Positions 35,228-42,527 of a stretch of 43,012 bases of DNA are shown here, piece by piece (within the stretch, counting starts at the first letter, position 1; each line of letters begins with the position of its first letter). The notes beneath the pieces are model-generated. The model was not told the DNA's origin. It worked only from the letters and a program-made list of their open reading frames with translations, and ran no database searches. A program made the position numbers and the translations under genes. This DNA comes from Bacteroidales bacterium (GTDB lineage: Bacteria > Bacteroidota > Bacteroidia > Bacteroidales > UBA4181), in assembly GCA_031259205.1 (NCBI GenBank), contig JAIRLS010000319.1, positions 1-43,012 on the forward strand. The letters are read 5' to 3'.

Positions 35228-35422
35228 GTGATATTTTTTAGAAGTAAAAATAATTTTTACAAACTGTGAACGGCTGACGCCAACCCACTCTTATCGCTTA
35301 AAGGGATTTACATTCATGCACAAAATCTCTCCGCACACAAGAAAAAGGAATGCGACAATTTGAAATGCACCTCTTTTTTCGAGGCGCTATGAAAAACAAT
35401 TCTTCTGACCTCTGCCGACCGG

Positions 35423-37471
35423 TCATTGAAAAACGTATCTGTATCTGAAACGTGCGTTGGGCGCCGTATCTCCGTGATCCATAAAATCGCGGATATCGCC
35501 GGTTTGCGGCATGTTATCCGCCCATTTGAAATCAAAGACGGGCTTATCGGAAAGGCCTAACTGCTGCAAAGGGATGGACAGTTCGATACAACGGTCGGCA
35601 ATACGGCATGGCACATCCGTCACTTTTTCCCAGCTCCATCCGCCTTTGCAGACGTGCAAACCGGCCTTGTCGCCGGGCAGGATATTCACTAAGAAACGGA
35701 ATCCTTCCCACGAAACGCCCTCCTGTCCGGTACCGATGAACAGTTGTACCGGCGATTCCGCGCTCAGGACAACGGGCTGGTCGGTTTTTGCAAGGAAAAA
35801 GGCATGGCTGTCGTCATTGGCGGCTTGTGCCAGCACGAAGTCGTTGCGTCCGAAAGTATTGGTCAGTGTTCCGACGCCACCCCAGCCGAAATGGTTGCGG
35901 GAGGCGACGTCGCCGGTATCGTCGTAGTAGGACAGTCCTACTGCCCCCCAGTCCTGCGCGTTGCCGTCGATGGTAACGGTATGCTTCTCTTCCGCAAAGG
36001 GCGTCGGATTGACGCCCTTAAAACGACGAATCATATCTACCATTTGATAATAGTAGTTGTCGCCGAAACCTCCGCGCATCGGCTCTATGTCGCGGCTGTA
36101 CTCTTCATTGTATTGATCGACGAAATAAGTGTCGCCTGGCCTAATGGGTTTTCCGCACATCTGTCCGACGGCACCGTTGGTGAAACGCATGGCCACCCAT
36201 TCGTTCCATCCCGTGATAAAGATAAATTCGGGATCGACCGTTAATGCGCGGTTCCATTGTTCGCTAAAGAAAAGCCCTTCGTCGGATTTCAGTACCGCCG
36301 GCTGGTTGCCGTTGCTGTAGCTGCGACCGATATTGGAGGTAGGATGGGTAGCGGCGGCTACGGATATTTGTTCGGCTTTGCCGGCATTGTCGTGCCATCC
36401 GTAGTTTTGCGGATAATAATCGCCCCAAGCCCATTTATCCTTGCCGTTGCCGAACCAGCCTTGCCGCGTATCGAACCATGAATGACGCAGGGTAAAAAAA
36501 TTGCTACATTCCGATGACACGTCTGCCGTTGAGCAGAGCGCCAGCGGTTTTCCCTGCCATTCGAACCAGAAGTCGCGGTATTTTCCCCTGGCATAAAAAT
36601 TGTCATACAGTTGCTGGAGGGTGCCGGCCGAATTGCTGTTGAAGATGCTTGCAATTTTCAGGGTGGCGCGTCCCTGCGCTTTCATGCGTTCCATCACTCT
36701 ACAGACGGTTTCGATGTTTTCCTGATAGATAACAGCATTCGTATTGTCGAAAATCAGTACATCCACGCCGGCATCCGTCAGCAGTTGGATATGTTTTTCG
36801 ATCACCCATTCGTCGTTGGACACATAATAGCCGAAATGCGGTTCCGCCCAGTGGTGAAAAGCGTTGACGGGGCCGTACTGCGGATTAGCGGGATTGGCGG
36901 CCAGCAGCTTGGATATGTCATAAGGGCTTTTCGTGTCGGTGCTTTTCGGAATCTGCACCGTTTGATGGTCTTCATGGACGTCATATCCATGCGCTCCCAG
37001 CCACAGGAAATAGAAGATGCCGACATACCGTTTCTTTACATTGCCGCAGGTTTCCCATGTCGCGATTTTACGTCCGAGCGCATCCGTGGCGGCCCATGTG
37101 TCGGCTTTGGATACCTTGCCTTCGGAAGCCAAAGCCACCGAAACATCTACAAAACTTATTTTGTTATTGATCATCACGGTAATTTGGGCAGTTCCTATTC
37201 CGGTGGCAACGATGAGTCCCGTTTCGGATACCGTAGCGACAAGTTTGTCGTTCGACGAATAATAAACCGTTACGGAGGCGTCCGGCGGATCGGTGGTGAT
37301 CGTGAGCTGTTGCCGGTCGGGCGTTCCGCCGTAAATTAAATTAACGACCTTCGGAGATATGCTGAAACCGTTTATCTCCACTTGTTTGTCCCTGCATCCG
37401 TAGATGCCGGCTGCCTGAATAAGAATACAGGCTATTTTTAAATACTGTAACATGTTTATCTTTTTTATCAT
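35423..37471 (-). CDS. PUL lipoprotein: Big_2 Ig-like domain + TIM-barrel-like putative glycoside hydrolase + C-terminal beta-sandwich
   Basis: 682 aa. Lipobox AAGIYGCRD. Big_2 (ISPKVVNLIYGG...LVATVSETGLIVATGIGTAQITV). The central region has a GH99/GH71-like motif pattern (VGIFYFLWLGAHG ... HHWAEPHFGYYVSNDEWVIEKHIQLLTDAGVDVLIFDNTN). Family not identifiable by eye. Confidence 0.5.
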   Translation of the reverse strand: MIKKINMLQYLKIACILIQAAGIYGCRDKQVEINGFSISPKVVNLIYGGTPDRQQLTITTDPPDASVTVYYSSNDKLVATVSETGLIVATGIGTAQITVMINNKISFVDVSVALASEGKVSKADTWAATDALGRKIATWETCGNVKKRYVGIFYFLWLGAHGYDVHEDHQTVQIPKSTDTKSPYDISKLLAANPANPQYGPVNAFHHWAEPHFGYYVSNDEWVIEKHIQLLTDAGVDVLIFDNTNAVIYQENIETVCRVMERMKAQGRATLKIASIFNSNSAGTLQQLYDNFYARGKYRDFWFEWQGKPLALCSTADVSSECSNFFTLRHSWFDTRQGWFGNGKDKWAWGDYYPQNYGWHDNAGKAEQISVAAATHPTSNIGRSYSNGNQPAVLKSDEGLFFSEQWNRALTVDPEFIFITGWNEWVAMRFTNGAVGQMCGKPIRPGDTYFVDQYNEEYSRDIEPMRGGFGDNYYYQMVDMIRRFKGVNPTPFAEEKHTVTIDGNAQDWGAVGLSYYDDTGDVASRNHFGWGGVGTLTNTFGRNDFVLAQAANDDSHAFFLAKTDQPVVLSAESPVQLFIGTGQEGVSWEGFRFLVNILPGDKAGLHVCKGGWSWEKVTDVPCRIADRCIELSIPLQQLGLSDKPVFDFKWADNMPQTGDIRDFMDHGDTAPNARFRYRYVFQ

Positions 37472-37518
37472 TTTTTAGTCAAAGCGATGCTGTAAAGTCG
37501 CATCAATAACACAAGTAA

Positions 37519-37556
37519 ATTCATTATTCATTCTTCATTATTCATTATTCATTATC
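37519..37556. repeat. GAATAATGAATAA-type AT-rich repeat tract overlapping the CotH stop codon
   Basis: + strand: attcattattcattcttcattattcattattcattatc. On the - strand this reads GATAATGAATAATGAATAATGAAGAATGAATAATGAAT and supplies the codons MNNE-stop. Confidence 0.8.
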
Positions 37557-39100
37557 TGACCGTCCAGCCATGCCGTCCTTTCTTTCAGGAAATTCTTGGC
37601 ATAGGCGGTTTCTTCCTCCCAAGTCGGAAAATTCACTAATCCTACGCTGATATACTTGCCGAGAATCTGCCACCGGTTGAAATTTTCCTTTTGGGCATAC
37701 CGGAGTTCTTCTTCCAGCGCTGTTATCTTCTTTTCCAGCGCGGGCAACCATTCCGTTTTCATCTGTTGCCAGCCTTCCTTGACAAGGCCGGCGAAAAAGG
37801 GATCGTTAAACAGCTGGTCGTAATAGACATTGTGCCGCCAGTAGAACTGCGCCACAGGAGAGGTCGCCGGAGGCAGCGCCCATCCGTTTTGTCCGGCGGC
37901 CGCCAGACCGAGCGACCATTCAAAGTCCCATACGGGATACACCATCAACTTGTCCGAGCGCGATGCAAGCACAAAATAGGGATTGGTGTCGATATTTCCC
38001 AGTGTTTCCTGAACGAGATACCACAAGGCGAAACTCTCCGCGTCGATGTATTTCCGGTAACCGGTGGCGGGGTCTTTGAAATGGGAGGAGTACAGCGCAT
38101 TTTCAAATTCGTTCATCCGGTTAAGGATAAAAGTATAGTTATCGTCGTCCTGTTCAAGGTCGTCCGTATCGGGATATTTGAAGGTATAATGATGCCCCCG
38201 GACGGTGACGAACCACAGCGGCTCCAGATTCCAGTAATTGTCCCTTTCGATGAGGTATCCGTCGTTTTGGACGTTTGCGCGGTCAGCCGATTCCTTTACC
38301 TGTTCGCACAGTAAATACGTTCCCTGATAGGCGCCGTTCATGAAAAATTCGACGTGTTGCGAGCGGGGCGTCCACGGCAGGCCGGCAAGCCGGGCCAATT
38401 CGAAGCCGCAGGAGGTACGCAGCATCGATTTGTCGCAATAGTCGGCCAGCAGCACCCAATCCTTGTCGGCCGGCATACCGAGTATTTCCGCCTTGGCGTC
38501 CAGTTTGATCCGGTAGGGCTTCTTTTCGTAGCTCCACGTGGCGTTGCCGCGTCCTTTCATGCGCATGCGGCCTTCATAGCCGGATGGATAAGCGGGCGTT
38601 CTGCCGACGGCGATGGTGCCGGGAACATAGGTTTCCTTGTCGGTCACCGCCTGCGCATGGTCGGTGGTAACGGTTACGATGGGCAAGCCTGTAAAAACTT
38701 TTACCGTCACGCGATACTGTTTTGTTTCGCCTTCTTTGCCCGTAAGGACATAAGTGGTTGTGCGGTCGAAATCATTTGGGGTGACGCCCGATATTTGTGC
38801 CACGCCGTCCACTTCCACCTTTTTGTAATGTCCCGTAAAGCTGGGAATCAGCGAAGCGGCCGTTTTCAACGAAGGGATGAAAGCGGAGATCCCTTCGCCG
38901 TCGATAGCGCAGGCAACGTCCGACGACAGTTGGGCGTTGTGTTCCTTCTTGAAAACGAAAGACGATAATTCGACCTCTTGGGGGATATATATCGGCGGTT
39001 CGTATTCCTGCTTGCGGCAGGATACCGCTGCTACGAACAGCGCGACCAACAAAACCGTTACCGCCTGCCGCAAATTTTTCAAATGGGATGGATTCATCAT
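37538..39100 (-). CDS. CotH kinase-family lipoprotein with an N-terminal Ig/DUF5018-like domain
   Basis: 520 aa. Lipobox FVAAVSCRK. CotH hallmarks KKPYRIKLD, VLLADYCDKSMLRTSCGFELARLAGLP, VEFFMNGAYQGTYLLCEQVK, IDAESFALWYLVQETLGNID, VYPVWDFEWSLG. Confidence 0.8.
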   Translation of the reverse strand: MMNPSHLKNLRQAVTVLLVALFVAAVSCRKQEYEPPIYIPQEVELSSFVFKKEHNAQLSSDVACAIDGEGISAFIPSLKTAASLIPSFTGHYKKVEVDGVAQISGVTPNDFDRTTTYVLTGKEGETKQYRVTVKVFTGLPIVTVTTDHAQAVTDKETYVPGTIAVGRTPAYPSGYEGRMRMKGRGNATWSYEKKPYRIKLDAKAEILGMPADKDWVLLADYCDKSMLRTSCGFELARLAGLPWTPRSQHVEFFMNGAYQGTYLLCEQVKESADRANVQNDGYLIERDNYWNLEPLWFVTVRGHHYTFKYPDTDDLEQDDDNYTFILNRMNEFENALYSSHFKDPATGYRKYIDAESFALWYLVQETLGNIDTNPYFVLASRSDKLMVYPVWDFEWSLGLAAAGQNGWALPPATSPVAQFYWRHNVYYDQLFNDPFFAGLVKEGWQQMKTEWLPALEKKITALEEELRYAQKENFNRWQILGKYISVGLVNFPTWEEETAYAKNFLKERTAWLDGQIMNNE

Positions 39101-39205
39101 GAATTGGCTTTAAAGTTTTAAAATTTTAAAGTTACAATGTTACATGAAATTTTCGAATTACACACAAACGGGGGAAAAAAATTTAAAGACCGCAGAACAG
39201 GCCGG

Positions 39206-40174
39206 TCAGAAAAAGTCCACTTCTGCAATGTATGAATATCCGGCGCCGGCCCAGTTGTTGACGATGGTAATCTTCAGGTAGCGGCCGCTCTGTGGCGCCG
39301 GTGCGTCCAGCGTCTGTTCCGCCTGAACATTCGGCAATTCGGGAACATTCAGCAACAAGGTCCAGTCGGTCTGATTGTCGCTCACTTCAAATTTGACGTT
39401 TCTGGGAGAGGCGCTGGTGTCGTTGGGATCACTCGATTGCCGGTTGGTAAACCGGACGCCGTTGATGGTAGCGGTAGCGGATAAATCAATGACCACCCAT
39501 TGCGGCATGGAGCCGGACGCATCCGAATGCCAAAACTCTCCGGCAGTGCCGTCTATGACGTTGGCCGCACTTGTGGTACTCTGCCACTGAGAAGAATAGT
39601 CGATCACCGACCATAGCGTCTTATCGGGGACAGGCCAGTACGGTTCGGTATTGACAGACCACCAGAGGGTTTTCCGTTCGTCGTTCGTCGGGATGTTCGA
39701 TTCGCCGACCGACAGGATGGTCACCGGCAGGAGGTATTCCCTGTCCGTGTCCAGCACGGCGACGTTTTTGATGGTAAGACTGCCGCCCTCCGAATAATTT
39801 TTGCCGTTTTCGATCACCTGCGAGGCGCCGGACAACTCGTAACATCCGGCCGGCAAGGGCAGGAAAGCGGTGTTGTTGGCGGTATTGTACGAGGTCACCA
39901 GCGACGGGTCGACGCCGATTTCCGCCCGTATCTCCCCCTGGTTGAAGTTGGTAGTGCCGCCGTAGCAAAGACCTTCCCAGTGAAAAACGGAATCGCGTTC
40001 GCGGACAAAAGTGATTTTGTTCACTGTGTTGGCAGAAGGGAAATAGAGGTACTTGAACTGTTCAAATTCAAGGTTCTCCGGTATTCCGTCGTCCGTGCAG
40101 GAGACCATCAGGGCAACACAGCACGGGACGGCGATACGGAATGCAATGTTAAAGAAATATTTGCGATTCATCAT
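39206..40174 (-). CDS. DUF1735 (BT_3987-like) + F5/8 type C (discoidin) domain lipoprotein
   Basis: 322 aa. Lipobox ALMVSCTDD. The DUF1735-like N-terminal half (LPLPAGCYELSG...LLPVTILSV). Discoidin domain (ANVIDGTAGEFWHSD...PQWVVIDL...GRYLKITI...YSYIAEVDFF). Confidence 0.8.
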   Translation of the reverse strand: MMNRKYFFNIAFRIAVPCCVALMVSCTDDGIPENLEFEQFKYLYFPSANTVNKITFVRERDSVFHWEGLCYGGTTNFNQGEIRAEIGVDPSLVTSYNTANNTAFLPLPAGCYELSGASQVIENGKNYSEGGSLTIKNVAVLDTDREYLLPVTILSVGESNIPTNDERKTLWWSVNTEPYWPVPDKTLWSVIDYSSQWQSTTSAANVIDGTAGEFWHSDASGSMPQWVVIDLSATATINGVRFTNRQSSDPNDTSASPRNVKFEVSDNQTDWTLLLNVPELPNVQAEQTLDAPAPQSGRYLKITIVNNWAGAGYSYIAEVDFF

Positions 40175-40188
40175 GTCTCAATTATTCA

Positions 40189-40569
40189 TTATCCATTTTC
40201 GCTTGTAAACGTCATGGCGTCCATTTGCGTTTTGATGTCCTTGCCGGGCGTATAAAGTATTTTCCGGTGGCGGATGCGGGCGGGGACGATCTGCTGGGGA
40301 GTGTCCGTACCCTCGCTGCTGAAGGAGGCTTTCAGGATGCCGAAATCGCCCAGCCGAACTTTATACCCGTCGTTCAGGTATTTGGGCAGGCTTTCGGTGA
40401 AGTTGGCAAGCACGTTGTACACATCGCCGGCGCTCAACGAGGAGAGCGCTGCTATTTCGGAAGAAAGGCGTTTCAGGTTGATTTCGCCCGCATATACCGG
40501 AACGGCATAATACTTCGGCGGGGCAGTCCTGTTCTGCGGATTCACTTTGGTGACTGTTTTGTATTTCAT
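40189..40569 (-). CDS. HU-family (Bacteroidota HU_rel-type) DNA-binding protein
   Basis: 126 aa. MKYKTVTKVNPQNRTAPPKYYAVPVYAGEINLKRLSSEIAALSSLSAGDVYNVLANF...VRLGDFGILKASF matches the Bacteroidales histone-like family. Its stop lies 14 nt before the next gene's ATG. Confidence 0.7.
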   Translation of the reverse strand: MKYKTVTKVNPQNRTAPPKYYAVPVYAGEINLKRLSSEIAALSSLSAGDVYNVLANFTESLPKYLNDGYKVRLGDFGILKASFSSEGTDTPQQIVPARIRHRKILYTPGKDIKTQMDAMTFTSENG

Positions 40570-40570
40570 G

Positions 40571-40607
40571 TTCGTTATTTATTATTCATTATTCACTATT
40601 CACTATC
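40571..40607. repeat. GAATAATGAATAA-type AT-rich repeat tract immediately upstream of the HU-like gene
   Basis: + strand: ttcgttatttattattcattattcactattcactatc. On the - strand: GATAGTGAATAGTGAATAATGAATAATAAATAACGAA, followed by the ATG. Confidence 0.8.
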
Positions 40608-40610
40608 TAC

Positions 40611-40660
40611 GGTTGCACATTCCTCAGGTGCAATTTTCTTGCACCTGAGGTGATGCAACC
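40611..40660. promoter_or_regulatory. 50-nt compound hairpin / inverted repeat between the Big_2 lipoprotein and HU-like genes
   Basis: Outer stem GGTTGCA (40611-17)/TGCAACC (40654-60). Inner perfect 12-bp stem CCTCAGGTGCAA (40622-33)/TTGCACCTGAGG (40639-50) with the loop TTTTC. No U-tract follows on either strand. Confidence 0.6.
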
Positions 40661-40707
40661 CGTCCCGAGGTGTGCAGGACAGGCAGGGCAACCGCAAGGA
40701 TTGCGCC

Positions 40708-42021
40708 TTAGTCTGCTTCAATCACTACTTGCAGGTTTCGGATAGAAACGGTGCTACTCGCATCCGGACCATCCAGCCGTACGCAATTGTATTGGTTACC
40801 GGTTCCTCTGCCGTAATTTGCAATATTGGTGATATCAACCGTCTTCGACGTCCATTCGGTGGCGGCAGCAAAGCTAAAATCTGTCGTAAATGAATTACCG
40901 CTACCGGCGCCATCAGGAAACAGGACTTGATAAAAATTAATGGCAGCATCCGCTTTGTATTCAAACTGCAATTCCACCTTGGTAACGTTGGCGCCCAGCG
41001 GTCTGGCGCCCAGATTTCCGGTCGTCACGTACGGGTCGCTTTCTCCGCTCGTGACTATGGTATATGAACCGTCTTCATTTAAGGTAGAAGTCGCATTATG
41101 AATACCGCCCTCGGCCGTGCTACCTGCGGTACCGACGCCTAATGTCAGCGGGAAATGGAGTTTCCGCGTAACGGTTACCTCTATGGTCTGGTCCGCTACG
41201 CCGCTGCCCGGGGTAGCCACAGACACCGTAATAGTGGCGGAGCCGATTTCCAGGCCGCTCACCTTTCCGTCTTCATCTACCGTGGCAACGTCCTCATTCG
41301 ACGATGCAAAGCTAAACCGGGCATTCTCGGCGTTGCCAGGCGTTGGCGTTACAATGATGACTCTGCTCTCATCCTGTTCCAGCGAAAACGACCTCGCACC
41401 GACGTCAAAACTCGTCAGCGGGTACTGTACCGTAACGGTTACAGGCACCTCTACCGGCGCGAGGCTGCCGGATGTAACGGTAATGTTGGTGTTGCCAAGA
41501 CCAGCCACCGTCACCACACCGGCGGTGGACACCGTTACCACGCTTTCATCGCCGGAAGCGTAGGTGAAACTGCCTCCTGCGTCGGCCGGCGTTTTGGCAA
41601 CGGAAAGCTGCACCGGCTCATCGCCCATCTTCATGTTGATCGGATTGGGCGTCACCAAGAAAGAGACCAGCGGTTTGCTGTCCACTTTTACCGTCACCTT
41701 CTTCGACTGTACGTCGCCGCTGGATGCCCATACGGTGGCTTCACCCACGGCCAAGGCCGTTACCAAGCCGTCGTCCCCCACGCTGATCACCTGCCGGTCG
41801 GAGACGTTCCACTTGATTTTCACATCCGTAGCATCCTTTGGTTCAGGCGTAGCCGTGAACTGCTGCGTTTTTTCTACCACCAGCGACACTTCGGTCTCCG
41901 GCGATATATTGATAGACTTCAATGCGACTTTGGCGTCTTCGTCTTTGTCGCATCCTGCAAGAAACAGCGCCAAGACTGCACTTGCCACTTTTACTTTACT
42001 TAAAAAAGAATTGTAATACAT
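40708..42021 (-). CDS. surface lipoprotein with three to four Big_2 Ig-like domains and a C-terminal beta-sandwich (candidate surface glycan-binding protein)
   Basis: 437 aa. Lipobox LFLAGCDKD. Repeated Big_2 pattern (QFTATPEPKDATD...VISVGDDGLVTALAVGEATVWA; VVTVSTAGVVTVAGLGNTNITV; VATVDEDGKVSGLEIGSATITV). Confidence 0.75.
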   Translation of the reverse strand: MYYNSFLSKVKVASAVLALFLAGCDKDEDAKVALKSINISPETEVSLVVEKTQQFTATPEPKDATDVKIKWNVSDRQVISVGDDGLVTALAVGEATVWASSGDVQSKKVTVKVDSKPLVSFLVTPNPINMKMGDEPVQLSVAKTPADAGGSFTYASGDESVVTVSTAGVVTVAGLGNTNITVTSGSLAPVEVPVTVTVQYPLTSFDVGARSFSLEQDESRVIIVTPTPGNAENARFSFASSNEDVATVDEDGKVSGLEIGSATITVSVATPGSGVADQTIEVTVTRKLHFPLTLGVGTAGSTAEGGIHNATSTLNEDGSYTIVTSGESDPYVTTGNLGARPLGANVTKVELQFEYKADAAINFYQVLFPDGAGSGNSFTTDFSFAAATEWTSKTVDITNIANYGRGTGNQYNCVRLDGPDASSTVSIRNLQVVIEAD

Positions 42022-42087
42022 AAAATTAAAATTAAATTAAAAAAAATTAGAAAATAAAAAAATACAAGGATTGGTTATAAGCTTTTT

Positions 42088-42110
42088 TAAAAAAACAGCC
42101 GGCTGTTTTC
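42088..42110 (-). terminator. weak palindromic terminator-like element
   Basis: AAAACAGCCGGCTGTTTT (42091-42108). On the - strand it is followed by a T-run (TTTTTTTAAAAAAG). The effective stem is only about 7 bp and AT-rich. Confidence 0.3.
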
Positions 42111-42130
42111 AATCTCTTTTTACAGGATTC

Positions 42131-42214
42131 AAAAAGGCACAGCCTTTTGGGGTAAAAGGCCTTGCCTTTTGAGGTAAAAGGCTTTGCCTTTTTGAGGTAA
42201 AGGCACAGCCTTTT
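42131..42214. repeat. array of four tandem mini-hairpins with an exact 22-nt period
   Basis: AAAAGGC-NNN-GCCTTTT at 42131-47 (loop aca), 42153-69 (ctt), 42175-91 (ttt) and 42198-212 (aca, 6-bp stem). The units are separated by GRGGT. Confidence 0.85.
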
Positions 42215-42453
42215 TAAGGTAATGAATAGGGAATAGAGAATAGTGAATAATGAAAAAGGAAGAGCGCAATAAATAATTAACAATGAATAATGAAGAATTA
42301 AGAAGGAAGAAGGAAGAGAACCATTCACCATGAACGGCGGACAATTCAACCTTAACGGCTGATCATTCCTCCTTTTAACCGTGAACCATTGATCATTGAC
42401 CCTTCTCATCGGCAGATCTGTATCGTGGATATTTACATTATTCATTCTTCGTT

Positions 42454-42518
42454 ATTCAACATTCAACATTCAATATTTATCATTCAACATTTATCATTCA
42501 ACATTTATCATTCAACAT
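42454..42518. repeat. 7/14-nt tandem repeat (ATTCAAC / ATTTATC units) starting 10 nt downstream of the SusD stop
   Basis: Units in order: attcaac, attcaac, attcaat, atttatc, attcaac, atttatc, attcaac, atttatc, attcaac. That is about 3.6 copies of a 14-mer. Confidence 0.85.
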
Positions 42519-42527
42519 AACCCGGAG

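Larger units (their letters stand above)
33995..35350. repeat. right arm of the large inverted repeat (Rpn-type unit)
   Basis: Reverse complement aligns with 15917-15970 and 16161-17375. See the left-arm entry. Confidence 0.85.

Noticed and set aside
15917-35350. A composite transposon or genomic island bounded by the two Rpn units.
   Set aside because: The enclosed genes are core functions (thrS, pta, sigma module, peptidase). I see no target-site duplication, integrase or conjugation genes. Chromosomal inversion or paralogous recombination is the more economical reading.
42131-42214. Possible CRISPR array, considered for the hairpin array here and for the octamer array at 33721-33792.
   Set aside because: The repeat units are only 17-22 nt or 8 nt long, with 5-nt or no spacers. 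There is no unique spacer content and no cas genes in the window.
42047-42445. A 132-aa ORF on the - strand within the PUL spacer.
   Set aside because: It consists of translated repeats (hairpin array and GAATA tracts) with low-complexity sequence. It has no signal peptide or domain and no plausible start context.
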